This document shows, in pieces, positions 1 through 10,693 of a stretch of DNA of 32,000 nt. The position numbers and the translations under genes are program-made. The stretch is from Desulfocapsa sulfexigens DSM 10523 (GTDB lineage: Bacteria > Desulfobacterota > Desulfobulbia > Desulfobulbales > Desulfocapsaceae), in assembly GCF_000341395.1 (NCBI RefSeq), contig NC_020304.1, positions 600,001 to 632,000 of the forward strand, given 5' to 3'. The first letter of the stretch is position 1. Each line of letters begins with the position of its first letter. A model generated the notes under the pieces. The model was not told where the DNA came from. It made no database searches and worked only from the letters and a program-made list of their open reading frames with translations.

Positions 1-171
1 AAAGAAGATCGTCGCATTGAGCTTAGGGGATTTGGCAGCTTTGCCGTGAGAAAACGTAAAGCACGTAGTACCAAAAACCCTAAAACCGGAACAATTATGA
101 ATATTCCGGAACGCAAAACCATTCATTTTACCATGAGCAAATCCTTAAAAGAAGCGCTCATCAAAGAGTAA
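1..171 (+). CDS. HU/IHF-family DNA-binding protein, C-terminal part (truncated by window start)
   Basis: Frame 1 reads KEDRRIELRGFGSFAVRKRKARSTKNPKTGTIMNIPERKTIHFTMSKSLKEALIKE*, containing the typical RGFGSF...R.PKTG motif of HU/IHF proteins. Confidence 0.9.
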   Translation, partial: KEDRRIELRGFGSFAVRKRKARSTKNPKTGTIMNIPERKTIHFTMSKSLKEALIKE

Positions 172-219
172 GGGATCTGGGGGATCAGAAGTATCCGGGA
201 CAACAATCCACTGGGAGTA

Positions 220-831
220 TTACAGAAAAGGGGTGACATCCCCCTTACCCTCCCTGAGAACCACTGGATCGTCTCCCGTAAGGTCTATAAGAGAAGAAGG
301 ATCAGAAAAGACTTCACCACCATCAATAACCAGGTCCAGCAGTTTTCCATACAAACATTCGATATCATATGGATCCGAGGCAACAGTATCATCCTCATCA
401 GCGGGAAGCGAAGTGTTGATAATCGGATTCCCCAGGGTTTCAAGAAGCATCTGACAAATTGGATTCTCCGGCACTCTGATACCAACGGTTTTCTGCTTTG
501 TGGACATGGCCTTTGGAACCAGTTTTGTTCCTGGAAGGACAAATGTATATGGACCCGGAAGATTTCGTTTCAGAAGCCGATAGGCGATGTTGGAAACATG
601 GGCATAGTTGCTGATATTTGTAAGATCTGAACACATAAAGGAAAAAGGCTTCCCCTTTGGTCTGCGTTTTATCTGCTCAATTCTTTTTACTGCCTTCTGA
701 CAGGAGAAATCGCAGCCAATTCCATAACCCGTATCCGTGGGATAACAGATAATATCTCCACGCTTCAGGCCATCGACGACCTGTTGTATTAATCTTTGCT
801 GGGGGTTATGTGGGTTTATTGCAAGCAGCAT
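220..831 (-). CDS. Sua5/YciO/YrdC family protein (threonylcarbamoyl-AMP synthase-like)
   Basis: ORF 203 aa with DIICYPTDTGYGIGCDF and KGKPFSFMCSDL...YAHVSN motifs of the YrdC domain. Confidence 0.85.
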   Translation of the reverse strand: MLLAINPHNPQQRLIQQVVDGLKRGDIICYPTDTGYGIGCDFSCQKAVKRIEQIKRRPKGKPFSFMCSDLTNISNYAHVSNIAYRLLKRNLPGPYTFVLPGTKLVPKAMSTKQKTVGIRVPENPICQMLLETLGNPIINTSLPADEDDTVASDPYDIECLYGKLLDLVIDGGEVFSDPSSLIDLTGDDPVVLREGKGDVTPFL

Positions 832-1137
832 GAATATTTTCCTCTATTCTGGTTTGACTTACCTCTAGTAGAGCACATATAGCTATGGAAGGCAAAACCT
901 AATAGTATTTGATCTTTTCCGGTTCAATGCTAAAATAGTCCCAGCATCTGTGATAACGGTAAACTGGTGCTCCGGGCAGTCACCCTATTAAAGGATGGGA
1001 ATTTTATACAAAAAGAAAACTATCTCAAGATATGAATCCCGTACCTGCTCCACAAACCGTATCGGATAGAATACGATTTATTTTTATCCTCTATTTCGTC
1101 CTATTTTTTTAATTTGAATTTTGACTTAGGAGCTCTC

Positions 1138-2601
1138 ATGTTATCTGATAATATAGAAACCGCACTCACCTTTGACGACCTGCTTCTCTGTCCTCAAGCC
1201 TCACAGGTTCTTCCCAACGAAGTCTCTCTTGCCACCAGCCTTACTCAGTCCATCAAGCTGAACGCTCCACTGATCAGTGCTGCAATGGACTCGGTCACCG
1301 AGCACCGTACGGCCATTGCCATGGCCCGTGAAGGCGGTCTGGGTATCATTCATAAAAACATGACAATTGATGAACAGGCCATAGAAGTCGAACGGGTCAA
1401 GAAATCAGAATCTGGAATGATAGTTGATCCGATCACCGTAAAGGAAACCCATTCCGTGGGTGAAGTGGAACAAATCATGGCCAAGTACAAGATCTCCGGC
1501 CTTCCAGTGCTCCGGGACGGGAAGCTGGTGGGAATCGTCACCAACCGTGATCTGCGCTTCGTTTCAGACAATGGACTACGCGTGGGCGATGTAATGACTT
1601 CCAAAAATCTGGTTACTGCAAAAGTTGGCATTGATCTTGAGCATTCAAAAGCCCTGCTCCATGAACACCGTATCGAGAAACTTCTCGTTGTCGATGATAA
1701 CGGTAAGCTCAGCGGTTTGATCACCATTAAAGATTTGGAAAAAATAAAAAAATATCCACTCGCCGCCAAGGATGGTATGGGCAGGCTTCTTGTTGGAGCA
1801 GCACTTGGGGTTGGCAGTGACATCGAGGCCAATGCTCAGAGACTGATCGATGTTGGTGTTGATGTGGTGGTCGTAGACTCAGCACATGGTCATTCCCAGG
1901 GTGTACTGGATGCGGTGGCGAAGATTCGGGGTACCTTTCCCAATCTGCAGATCATTGCCGGAAACGTTGCCACCGCGGAGGGTACGGTAGCACTAATCAA
2001 AGCCGGGGCCAATTGTGTAAAAGTTGGCGTAGGCCCGGGTTCCATCTGTACTACACGCATTGTGGCAGGTGTTGGTGTTCCGCAGATGACAGCCATTCAA
2101 AAGGCCGTTGCCGCCGCCGCCAAATATGATATCCCTATAATTTCAGACGGTGGCATTAAACATTCAGGAGAACTGGCAAAGGCCATCGGTGCAGGGGCAC
2201 ATACCATTATGATCGGCTCTTTGTTCGCAGGAACCGATGAGACCCCTGGCGAAACCTTCCTCTACCAGGGACGAACCTATAAAGGATATCGTGGTATGGG
2301 ATCACTTGGGGCCATGCGTAAAGGTTCTTCGGATCGTTATTTTCAGTCTGAAGTTTCCAGCCAGTCTAAACTTGTCCCCGAGGGCATTGAAGGAAAAGTT
2401 CCCTATCGTGGGCCGCTTGCCAATGTTATATACCAGCTCCTTGGTGGATTGCGGTCCGGCATGGGCTATGTCGGAGCCGCAACGATTGAAGAACTGCGGC
2501 AAAAGGCAAAATTTGTTCAGATTTCCGCCTCCGGACTGCGGGAATCCCATGTCCATGATGTTATTATCACCAAAGAAGCTCCCAACTACCGTACAGCATA
2601 A
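1138..2601 (+). CDS. guaB: Inosine-5'-monophosphate dehydrogenase
   Basis: [26 protein letters not shown]..., CBS domains, catalytic loop [18 protein letters not shown]. Start placed at 1138 downstream of TTAGGAG; the ORF track starts at 1114. Confidence 0.97.
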   Translation: MLSDNIETALTFDDLLLCPQASQVLPNEVSLATSLTQSIKLNAPLISAAMDSVTEHRTAIAMAREGGLGIIHKNMTIDEQAIEVERVKKSESGMIVDPITVKETHSVGEVEQIMAKYKISGLPVLRDGKLVGIVTNRDLRFVSDNGLRVGDVMTSKNLVTAKVGIDLEHSKALLHEHRIEKLLVVDDNGKLSGLITIKDLEKIKKYPLAAKDGMGRLLVGAALGVGSDIEANAQRLIDVGVDVVVVDSAHGHSQGVLDAVAKIRGTFPNLQIIAGNVATAEGTVALIKAGANCVKVGVGPGSICTTRIVAGVGVPQMTAIQKAVAAAAKYDIPIISDGGIKHSGELAKAIGAGAHTIMIGSLFAGTDETPGETFLYQGRTYKGYRGMGSLGAMRKGSSDRYFQSEVSSQSKLVPEGIEGKVPYRGPLANVIYQLLGGLRSGMGYVGAATIEELRQKAKFVQISASGLRESHVHDVIITKEAPNYRTA

Positions 2602-2616
2602 AGAAGACGAACTCCT

Positions 2617-4167
2617 ATGAACATACATGATGAAAAAATCCTGATCCTTGATTTCGGTTCCCAGACCACCCAGCTCATCGCCAGACGAATTCGTGAGCAG
2701 AAAGTCTACTGCGAAATCCATCCCTTTTCCACGCCTCTTGAAACCATTAAGGAGATGAATCCCACGGGTATCATTCTCTCAGGTGGTCCACGCTCCGTCT
2801 ACGATGCTGATGCCCCTCTCTCTGATCCTGGTCTTTTTGAACTTGACCTTCCCATCCTGGGAATCTGTTACGGGGCCCAGCTGATGATGCAGCAACTAGG
2901 CGGTAAAGTTGAAAATGCTGACAAACGCGAATTTGGCAAAGCCAACCTGACGGTCCAGTTCACCGAAGGACTGTTTGCAGGACTTGAGACAGGAGTTCCA
3001 CAACATCAGGTCTGGATGAGTCATGGTGATCGTATTGAAGTGGTAGCAGAAGGCTTCGAAACCACGGCCGTCAGCGATCATTCTCCCTGTGCAGCCCTCA
3101 GACACCGTTCAAAACCCTTTGTTGCAGTGCAATTTCACCCCGAAGTAGTTCATACCCTTATCGGAACGGATGTTTTGCGCAACTTTATTTTCGGGATCTG
3201 TAACTGCAGTCCCAACTGGACCATGGCCTCATTTATTGAGTCCACTGTAAAAGGAGTCCAGGAAAAAGTTGGCGACAACAAGGTTATCTGTGCCCTCTCC
3301 GGTGGTGTTGATTCTTCAGTAACAGCCGCCCTGGTTCATAAAGCCATTGGTGACCAGCTCACCTGTATCTATGTTGACAATGGTCTCATGCGTACTGGGG
3401 AGAGCGAATCCATTCTTCGCTTCTTCAGGGAAAAAAGCCAGCTCAACGTCATTGCGGTGGACGCCGTAGACTTCTTTCTCAATGAGCTTGCAGATGTGCT
3501 TGACCCTGAAATCAAGCGCAAACGAATAGGTCTTGGCTTCATTAAGATATTTGAAGAAGAGGCTGCAAAACTCGGTGAGGTGGATTTTCTGGCCCAGGGT
3601 ACCCTTTACCCGGATGTCATCGAGTCCGTTTCATTTATGGGTGAGGCTCCCATAAAATCCCATCACAATGTTGGTGGATTACCAGAAATCATGAAGCTTG
3701 ATCTTATCGAACCACTTCGTGAACTGTTCAAGGATGAGGTTAGAGAACTAGGCCTTGAACTTGGACTTCCTGAAGAAGCCATCTACCGCCAGCCCTTTCC
3801 CGGCCCAGGATTAGGAATCAGGATCATGGGTGAAGTCAACAGAGAACGCCTGAACATTGTTCGTCAGGCCGATGTCATAGTGCTTGAGGAAATGAAAAAG
3901 AGCGGCTGGTACCGCAAGGTATGGCAATCCTTCGCTGTTCTCCTTCCGATTCAGACCGTCGGCGTCATGGGTGACGGCCGTACCTATGAAAATGTCATCG
4001 CTCTGCGTTCCGTTGATTCCAGGGATGCCATGACTGCAGACTGGTCCAAAATCCCCTATGATCTGCTTGGAGTTATCTCGACCCGGATCATTAATGAAGT
4101 ACGTGGTGTAAATCGTGTTGTTTTTGACATTTCGTCCAAACCTCCCTCCACCATTGAATGGGAGTAA
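2617..4167 (+). CDS. guaA: GMP synthase (glutamine-hydrolysing)
   Basis: GATase GICYGAQLM motif, [12 protein letters not shown]-loop, C-terminal [14 protein letters not shown]...STIEWE. Confidence 0.97.
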   Translation: MNIHDEKILILDFGSQTTQLIARRIREQKVYCEIHPFSTPLETIKEMNPTGIILSGGPRSVYDADAPLSDPGLFELDLPILGICYGAQLMMQQLGGKVENADKREFGKANLTVQFTEGLFAGLETGVPQHQVWMSHGDRIEVVAEGFETTAVSDHSPCAALRHRSKPFVAVQFHPEVVHTLIGTDVLRNFIFGICNCSPNWTMASFIESTVKGVQEKVGDNKVICALSGGVDSSVTAALVHKAIGDQLTCIYVDNGLMRTGESESILRFFREKSQLNVIAVDAVDFFLNELADVLDPEIKRKRIGLGFIKIFEEEAAKLGEVDFLAQGTLYPDVIESVSFMGEAPIKSHHNVGGLPEIMKLDLIEPLRELFKDEVRELGLELGLPEEAIYRQPFPGPGLGIRIMGEVNRERLNIVRQADVIVLEEMKKSGWYRKVWQSFAVLLPIQTVGVMGDGRTYENVIALRSVDSRDAMTADWSKIPYDLLGVISTRIINEVRGVNRVVFDISSKPPSTIEWE

Positions 4168-4213
4168 TAGAGTTGGCTGAAGACTGAATCCCCTTCTGCC
4201 TTCTATCTGAGAA

Positions 4214-6313
4214 ATGCATTCAAACACCCTCTACATAGCATCCCTTGAACCCGAGGCAGGAAAACTTGTCGTTACCATGGGGATCATGGAATTTCTCAGC
4301 CGCTCCGTAGGAAATGTCGCTTTTTTTCGGCCGGTTATTGATACCGAGAGAGATATCGACCCCGACATAAACCTGATCCGTGGCCGTTACTGCCCCAATA
4401 TGAGCTATGAAGAAAGCTACGGTTTTCAGGCTTCAGAAGTAAAAAGCTTTGTGGCAGAGGGGCGGATAAAGTTTTTTCTGGAGGAACTGCTCAACAAGCT
4501 TACCCGCCTCAAAGAACAGTACGACTTTGTCCTCTGCCAGGGCCTGAATGCTACATCCTTCCTCTCCGCTTTTGATCTCGACATCAACATGGAGATAGCC
4601 AAAAATCTCGGATGCCCTTTTATTGGTGTTATCAATGGCATGAACCAAACTTCCCGCGACATCGCCAAAGAAATACAGATTACAGAAGCTGCCATCACTG
4701 AATCCGGTTGCACCCATTTTGCAACCTTTGTGAATCGTATGGCCAAAGATACTCTGGGAGTACTTGAAGTAGAACTCGATGACCCCGACGAAGCATCGGG
4801 TGCTCCGGTCTTTCTTCTGCCTGAAAATGAAGAACTGGACAAACCCTCACTCGCTGGTATTTGCGACGCTCTTGGCTGTGCCAACATCCTCGATCGTAGT
4901 GATGGTATGGATCGTATCGTCAAGCAGTTCAAAATCGCTGCCATGACCATGGAGCACTTCCTTTCCCATGTGGAAGACGGTGATCTGATCATTGTCCCCG
5001 GTGACCGTGATGATATTGTTCTTGCCTCAATCTCCACCCTCTTTTCAGCGAATTATCCTAATGTAGCTGGCATTCTCCTTACCGGTGGATTTCTTCCAGG
5101 AGCAAACACCATGCGTCTGATCACTGGCCGGGAGAGAATTGTTCCATTGCTCAGTGTCACCACCGACACCTACAGCACGACCAGGAATGTTGCGGCGGTA
5201 CCTGCCCTCATTAATCCAGGCGATGAACGTAAAATCGCCCTCGCCCTTGGCCTCTTTGAGACCCATGTTAACAGCGAGCGACTGCGAAAGATGACAGAAC
5301 TCAGCACCACCCCGGAGACAGTCACCCCTATCATGTTTGAATATGGGCTTTTCGAACGGGCACGTTCTGCCAAGAAGCATATTGTCCTTCCGGAAGCCAG
5401 TGATGAACGGATCTTACGGGCAACAGAAATATTACTCCGCCGCAATGTGGTGGATATCACCCTGCTGGGAAAACCTGAAGAAATAACAGCTCATGCTGCG
5501 TCACTGGGACTCGACATCAAAAAGGCCAGGCTCATCGACCCTTCAACTTCGGAGCTGACCGAAGAATTTATCCAAACCTTTTACAAGCTGCGGAAACACA
5601 AAAATATGACCCCGGATGGCGCCCGTGATGCCATGAGCAACCTCTCCTACTTTGGAACCATGATGGTCTACGAGGGAATGGCAGATGGAATGGTCTCAGG
5701 TGCCATACACACCACCGCTGACACCATTCGTCCTGCCCTGCAGATTATCAAGACCATCCCTGGAATATCCGTGGTTTCCTCAGTCTTTCTCATGTGCCTT
5801 GACACCAGAGTACTTGTCTATGGTGACTGTGCCGTAAATCCCGATCCCAATGCCGCACAACTTGCAGAGATAGCAATATCTTCCGCTGACACTGCGACAA
5901 CCTTTGGTATTGAGCCACGGCTTGCCATGCTCTCCTATTCAACTGGAGCCTCCGGCAAAGGTGTCGATGTTGAAAAAGTACGCACTGCCACAACAATGGC
6001 CAGGGAAAAAAGACCAGATCTTCTCATTGAAGGCCCTATTCAGTATGATGCCGCCATTGATCTGGCTGTAGCTAAGACGAAAATGCCAGACAGCCTGGTT
6101 GCAGGCCGTGCAACGGTTTTCATTTTCCCAGACCTCAACACCGGCAACAACACCTACAAGGCCGTACAACGATCTTCGGGTGCCGTAGCAATCGGGCCTG
6201 TCCTCCAGGGGTTAAAGAAACCGGTCAATGACCTCAGTCGAGGCTGTCTCGTCGCCGACATCGTGAACACCGTGGCCATTACTGCCATTCAGGCGCAATC
6301 CATCCAGACCTGA
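4214..6313 (+). CDS. pta: Phosphate acetyltransferase (long form, N-terminal P-loop-like domain + DRTGG + PTA_PTB)
   Basis: 699 aa; KHIVLPEASDERILRA, SYSTGASGKGVDVEKV, DLNTGNNTYKAVQRSSGAVAIGPVLQGLKKPVNDLSRG. Confidence 0.93.
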   Translation: MHSNTLYIASLEPEAGKLVVTMGIMEFLSRSVGNVAFFRPVIDTERDIDPDINLIRGRYCPNMSYEESYGFQASEVKSFVAEGRIKFFLEELLNKLTRLKEQYDFVLCQGLNATSFLSAFDLDINMEIAKNLGCPFIGVINGMNQTSRDIAKEIQITEAAITESGCTHFATFVNRMAKDTLGVLEVELDDPDEASGAPVFLLPENEELDKPSLAGICDALGCANILDRSDGMDRIVKQFKIAAMTMEHFLSHVEDGDLIIVPGDRDDIVLASISTLFSANYPNVAGILLTGGFLPGANTMRLITGRERIVPLLSVTTDTYSTTRNVAAVPALINPGDERKIALALGLFETHVNSERLRKMTELSTTPETVTPIMFEYGLFERARSAKKHIVLPEASDERILRATEILLRRNVVDITLLGKPEEITAHAASLGLDIKKARLIDPSTSELTEEFIQTFYKLRKHKNMTPDGARDAMSNLSYFGTMMVYEGMADGMVSGAIHTTADTIRPALQIIKTIPGISVVSSVFLMCLDTRVLVYGDCAVNPDPNAAQLAEIAISSADTATTFGIEPRLAMLSYSTGASGKGVDVEKVRTATTMAREKRPDLLIEGPIQYDAAIDLAVAKTKMPDSLVAGRATVFIFPDLNTGNNTYKAVQRSSGAVAIGPVLQGLKKPVNDLSRGCLVADIVNTVAITAIQAQSIQT

Positions 6314-6388
6314 ATTTTTCATCAAGGAAAAATAAATATCCTCGCTTATGAAGACTGAAGAGTATCTTTTCATCTCCAGGGAAGCATC

Positions 6389-6817
6389 ATGACACTAATT
6401 AAATGGAGAGACTCCTATTCTGTCGGAGTCGAGAAATTTGATAAGCAGCACAAAGTGCTTATTGAACTACTCAACGATATCTTCATCATCGTACGGGAAA
6501 ATCAAAGCGTGGACCACCTTGGCCTTGTTCTGTATAAACTTGTTCAATACACCCAGGAACATTTCAGAGACGAAGAAGAAGCGATGGCGGCGGCGAACTT
6601 CCCCAAACTGGATGAACATAAGGCAAAACACGGCAAACTACTGAACGAAGTAACAACTTACCAAAAACGCCTGGAAGCTAATGACGAAAAGCTGATACCG
6701 GAATTTTATCAGTTTGTCAGGGAATGGCTGCTCGAACATATACTTGAGGATGACATGAAATATAAACTGTTCCTTGGAACAGGCAGCACCACTCCTTCAG
6801 GAAACACCTCGGGATAA
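6389..6817 (+). CDS. Bacteriohemerythrin
   Basis: WRDSYSVGVEKFDKQHKVLIELLNDI...HFRDEEEAM...HKAKHGKL...LLEHILEDDMKY: hemerythrin iron-ligand pattern. Confidence 0.93.
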   Translation: MTLIKWRDSYSVGVEKFDKQHKVLIELLNDIFIIVRENQSVDHLGLVLYKLVQYTQEHFRDEEEAMAAANFPKLDEHKAKHGKLLNEVTTYQKRLEANDEKLIPEFYQFVREWLLEHILEDDMKYKLFLGTGSTTPSGNTSG

Positions 6818-6908
6818 TTCCTCTCCTCCCCTTTTTGTTCAGAGCCCATACTTCCGAGTCGATATCCCCCACCTGCTTTCTCGCTCGATCTCACATCTGC
6901 GGTCATTC

Positions 6909-7643
6909 TCAACTCGTAAGTAATCCGGGCCCAGCTTGAAAATCATTGATACAGTACTTGATAATACTTTCACAATGGATTGCACTGGTATTGAGAAAGG
7001 GGATTCTCCCCATATCTTCAGTGAGAAGCAGCGGCAACTCAGTACAGCCAAGAATTACAGAATCTATTTGTTGCTGCTCCTTCATTCTTTTGATGATGGC
7101 CAGGAGCTCATCACGGGTTGAGTCTTTGATGATTCCCAGTTCAATTTCAGAAAACAGTCTGTGATGGATAAGCTGCTGTTCTTCAACTGTTGGCACAACC
7201 ACCTTAATTCCTTCCAAAATAAAAGGCTTTTTGTAAAAATCTGCCTCCATGGTGAGACTGGTACCCAGCAGGCCAATTTTCTTGAGCCCCATCGTTTGCG
7301 CTCTACTGCATGTTGCTTCAACAATACTCAACAGTGGAAGCGGTGCTTTGGCGCTGACCTCCTCAAAAACGATATGCGGAGTATTGGAAGCCATGGCCAC
7401 AAAGTCCGCCCCTCCATTGTGGAGAAAACGTATCTTTTCAAGCAACCATTTAATCAGGGCGGGCCAATCCTTATTGGTGACCATCTGCATAAATGCATTG
7501 AGATTGGCACTGTAGACAATGATTTCCGGGTATGCCAGCTTGCGGTGTTGGTGGTTGAAAGCACCGATTATTGTTCTGTAGTAATCAAGCGTTGATTCCG
7601 GACCAAGTCCACCTAAAATTCCTATTTTTCTCATTGTCTTCAA
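6909..7643 (-). CDS. Aspartate/glutamate racemase family protein
   Basis: MRKIGILGGLGPESTLDYYRTI...MASNTPHIVF...VILGCTELPLL. Confidence 0.92.
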   Translation of the reverse strand: MKTMRKIGILGGLGPESTLDYYRTIIGAFNHQHRKLAYPEIIVYSANLNAFMQMVTNKDWPALIKWLLEKIRFLHNGGADFVAMASNTPHIVFEEVSAKAPLPLLSIVEATCSRAQTMGLKKIGLLGTSLTMEADFYKKPFILEGIKVVVPTVEEQQLIHHRLFSEIELGIIKDSTRDELLAIIKRMKEQQQIDSVILGCTELPLLLTEDMGRIPFLNTSAIHCESIIKYCINDFQAGPGLLTS

Positions 7644-7734
7644 CTGTTAATCCCTCCCAAAAAATGTAAAAGTAGAGTATTTGTAAAAACAATCCCCATC
7701 TCGAAAACCACACGTGTACTGTTTTCGTTCATGA

Positions 7735-8142
7735 TTACAAGCGCAGGGCCGGCCTTCTCCCCTCTGCCACCGTTGTTCCGTCAGGAAACTTTTTTATGCC
7801 GATGTTCATATAGCCCGCGTGCAGAAGCCAATCGCGTTCGTTTCCACTGCCTGCCACCGCTATATAGAGTGAGGCTCCCGGTTTTAAAAGCATTCGACAA
7901 AAACAGAGATCTTCCATAATAGTATCTGCACTACTCTCTTTCTTGCTGTGAGGAGTGTAGAAGATGAAATCAAAATGTGGTTTGCTTCTGAAATTACGTA
8001 ACCCCCGAGGCAGTTGGGTAATCGCAGAAGAATCACAAATTTCCTGTGCCAGGTTTTTGGTAACCTCATACTTTCCATGGACGCTGAGGATAGTAGCTGC
8101 TTGCTTCGCCCTTTGATTGTTTCTGAACCGTAGCTTTTTCAT
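7735..8142 (-). CDS. Hypothetical protein (possible partial methyltransferase-like fold)
   Basis: 135 aa ORF, MKKLRFRNNQRAKQ...CRMLLKPGASLYIAVAGSGNERDWLLHAGY. Longest open frame in the interval. Family not recognised with certainty. Confidence 0.55.
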   Translation of the reverse strand: MKKLRFRNNQRAKQAATILSVHGKYEVTKNLAQEICDSSAITQLPRGLRNFRSKPHFDFIFYTPHSKKESSADTIMEDLCFCRMLLKPGASLYIAVAGSGNERDWLLHAGYMNIGIKKFPDGTTVAEGRRPALRL

Positions 8143-8190
8143 TGTGTACCTGTTTTGTGCTGTGTTGTTGCAGAAGTACAGAGTTTTCGC

Positions 8191-8397
8191 TCAGTGAAGT
8201 CTTGAGAGGAAAATAGTGAGCGCAAGAGCCGTCAGGTAGCAGAAAAGGATTTTTGCAGTGGCATGGAAACACCTCTTTTTTTGCTGAGAAAAAGGCATGT
8301 GGATATCCATCTGTTTCGCCTCCCAACTACTGCTGTCTTCTGTCTGTAACAACTGGAACAACAAGAGCAACGCTTGCCCCTTAGTGTATTTTTTCAC
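8191..8397 (-). CDS. Small hypothetical protein, possible GTG start
   Basis: (M/V)KKYTKGQALLLLFQLLQTEDSSSWEAKQ...ILFCYLTALALTIFLSRLH, with GGGGAGG about 8 nt upstream of the GTG at 8397 and lying just upstream of 7735..8142. The overlapping 8066..8326 ORF is an alternative. Confidence 0.35.
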   Translation of the reverse strand: MKKYTKGQALLLLFQLLQTEDSSSWEAKQMDIHMPFSQQKKRCFHATAKILFCYLTALALTIFLSRLH

Positions 8398-8526
8398 TGA
8401 TTCCACCTCCCCATTGTTGCCTCAACTCCGTTGACGCCTTAATCATTTTTCTTTGCATCATTATAACTGGAGTGGTAAACAAGAACAGATACAGAATTCA
8501 AAAAATATTACCATAACAGATTCAAT

Positions 8527-10596
8527 ATGGGCGGTAACGGTATGGAATATCACTATGTAAAATTAGCAAACACTCTCGAACAACAGATTCTGGCCGGAGA
8601 ATATCTCGCTGGAGAGAAGCTTCCTTCACTACGAAAACTGCAGGCTGCGACAGGGCGCTCGATTTCCACGATTTATCAAGCCTACGAAGAATTGGAACAC
8701 CGGGGGCTGGTTGAAGTACGGGAGAAATCCGGTTTTTTTGCCAGACCTCTGCTAAATGATATCCTGCCCCTTCCCAAGCAAAGCACCTCACCGGTAAAAT
8801 CACATAAGGTTGCGATAAATGTACTGGCCTCCATGATGCAACGTTCCCTTACAAATCCTGCACTTATTCCATTTGGAGAGGCTGTGTTAGGCAAGACTCT
8901 TTTACCGGGGAAACAGATGGCCGCAGCGGTACGTTTGGCTGCCGGCGGATACCACGACGGAAGTTGTAGTGGCTATGGTGCCCCAACAGGCTACAAAAAG
9001 CTGCAGCGGGAAATTGCCAAACGGTACCTGGATTTTCCACACAGAGACTATGGCAGTGAGATCATTATTACCCAGGGCTGTATGAATGGGATCGAACTCT
9101 GTTTGCGTAGCGTGGCACGTCCCGGAGATACTATTCTTCTGGAGTCACCCACGTTTCTCTGTTATCTCCAGTTGATTGAAGATTTGAACATGCGGGCCCT
9201 GGAGCTACCGGCAGACCCGGCAACTGGCCTGAGTCTGGAAAAACTACGGGCAACCCTGGATGAACATGATATCCGGGCGGCTCTCCTTAACCCCAATTTT
9301 CAAAATCCCCTCGGTTTTGAGATGGAGGCTGCCAACAAAGAAGCACTGGTGGCCTTATTTGCGAGCCGTGGTATTCCGATTATCGAAGATGGGATTTATG
9401 AAAATCTCTACTTTGGAGAACAGAAGCCGCTGCCTTTAAAGCACTTTGATACCCAGGGAATGGTCCTCTATTGTAACTCTTTCTCCAAAGACCTGATGCC
9501 CGATCTCCGTATGGGCTGGCTGCTGGCAGGAAAATACCGGGAAAAGGTAAAACGACTGAAATTTAACAATAGTCTGGCAAACTCCCAGTTACTACAAAAC
9601 GCGCTGGCAACCTTTCTCAAGGGTGGCAGCTATGACAGACATTTGCGTAAACTGAGAAACAACCTTCGCAAACAGGCTGCCGATATGAGCCAATCCATCG
9701 GCCGCAATTTCCCGCCTGAATGCAGAATTTCCTCACCCAAGGGGGGGCTGACCCTCTGGGTTGAGCTCCCCGAGAGCGTGGACAGTCTGAAGCTCTTTCG
9801 ACTCGCTGAAAAAGAGAATATCTCCCTGATGCCCGGCACTCTCTGCTCTGGTACCGGACAATACGATCATTGCATCCGTCTCTGTTATGGACATCCCTGG
9901 AATGAACGAATGGAACATGGGCTGAAGACCCTTGGCAACCTGGTAAAATCTTTAGTCAAGACGGAAAAGCACAACAGAAACGAGTCCAATGCGCAGGAGA
10001 TAGTCGTGGGTCTCAATTCCGATCCGGAGATCAACAGGATTGAGGATATTATACGTATTTTTGGCAGGAGGAACAGCAATCTATCCCTCAGGTTCCATCA
10101 GTCCATTTCCGGCAATATCCTCAAACTGGTTGCCAGTGGAGAGTTGCATGGTGGTTTTGTTTTTGGTCAATGTGACGATGAAAGATTTGCGTCGCATTAT
10201 TTAACCACCTACTATTTGCGCATAGTAGGCCCGACCCAGATGGCGGAAACGATAAGAAATGGGGATTATCGTGATCTGGCAAGACTGCCATGGATAGGGA
10301 ATCCTGTAGAATGCCCCTATTGTCAACTGATGGAGAATATCTTTCACGACCATGGCTTCCATCCTCAACGGATCATGACTGCCAGTGATGAACCCTCAAT
10401 CTTGAGCATGATCAAAGCGGGCGTAGGCCTTAATTTTATGCTGGAGAACCAGGCCAGAGCGCTTGCCGAAGAGGAGAGCCTTGTGGTGTGGGAACGGGAG
10501 CGTTTCGCCTTTCCCCTCTCTTTCGTCACCCTGGCCAGTGCGCGGGATGACAAACGGGTTATCGAAATCAACAAGGTCATTGAACAGATCTGGTAA
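8527..10596 (+). CDS. MocR-type regulator (GntR wHTH + class I aminotransferase) with an extra C-terminal LysR-type substrate-binding domain
   Basis: One uninterrupted 689-aa ORF: GntR HTH (LAGEKLPSLRKLQAATGRSISTIYQAYEELEHRGLVE), PLP fold (CNSFSKDLMPDLRMGWLLAG), then a roughly 200-aa extension (EIVVGLNSDPEINRIEDIIRIFGRRNSNLSLRFHQSISGNILKLVASGELHGGFVFG...EPSILSMIKAGVGLNFMLE) matching the LysR effector domain pattern. Start could also be 8542. Confidence 0.88.
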   Translation: MGGNGMEYHYVKLANTLEQQILAGEYLAGEKLPSLRKLQAATGRSISTIYQAYEELEHRGLVEVREKSGFFARPLLNDILPLPKQSTSPVKSHKVAINVLASMMQRSLTNPALIPFGEAVLGKTLLPGKQMAAAVRLAAGGYHDGSCSGYGAPTGYKKLQREIAKRYLDFPHRDYGSEIIITQGCMNGIELCLRSVARPGDTILLESPTFLCYLQLIEDLNMRALELPADPATGLSLEKLRATLDEHDIRAALLNPNFQNPLGFEMEAANKEALVALFASRGIPIIEDGIYENLYFGEQKPLPLKHFDTQGMVLYCNSFSKDLMPDLRMGWLLAGKYREKVKRLKFNNSLANSQLLQNALATFLKGGSYDRHLRKLRNNLRKQAADMSQSIGRNFPPECRISSPKGGLTLWVELPESVDSLKLFRLAEKENISLMPGTLCSGTGQYDHCIRLCYGHPWNERMEHGLKTLGNLVKSLVKTEKHNRNESNAQEIVVGLNSDPEINRIEDIIRIFGRRNSNLSLRFHQSISGNILKLVASGELHGGFVFGQCDDERFASHYLTTYYLRIVGPTQMAETIRNGDYRDLARLPWIGNPVECPYCQLMENIFHDHGFHPQRIMTASDEPSILSMIKAGVGLNFMLENQARALAEEESLVVWERERFAFPLSFVTLASARDDKRVIEINKVIEQIW

Positions 10597-10693
10597 AACT
10601 TGTGTCAAATCCTGTAATTACGCAAAGTGATATGATCGCCAATGTCATCTTCCAGAACCAGGGCTCTGCAGGAAGATCCCCCTCCTCACTGAC

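Noticed and set aside
900-1137. Possible purine riboswitch upstream of guaB
   Set aside because: The leader lacks the recognisable purine-aptamer conserved loops; nothing beyond an AT-rich promoter region can be supported.
1350-2096. Long minus-strand ORFs inside guaB (160 aa and 68 aa)
   Set aside because: Antisense shadows of a well-supported gene; sequences are serine/arginine-rich low-complexity translations with no domain pattern.
4426-5460. Antisense ORFs across pta (203, 94, 111 and 96 aa)
   Set aside because: Fully overlap the conserved pta coding sequence and show no protein-like motifs.
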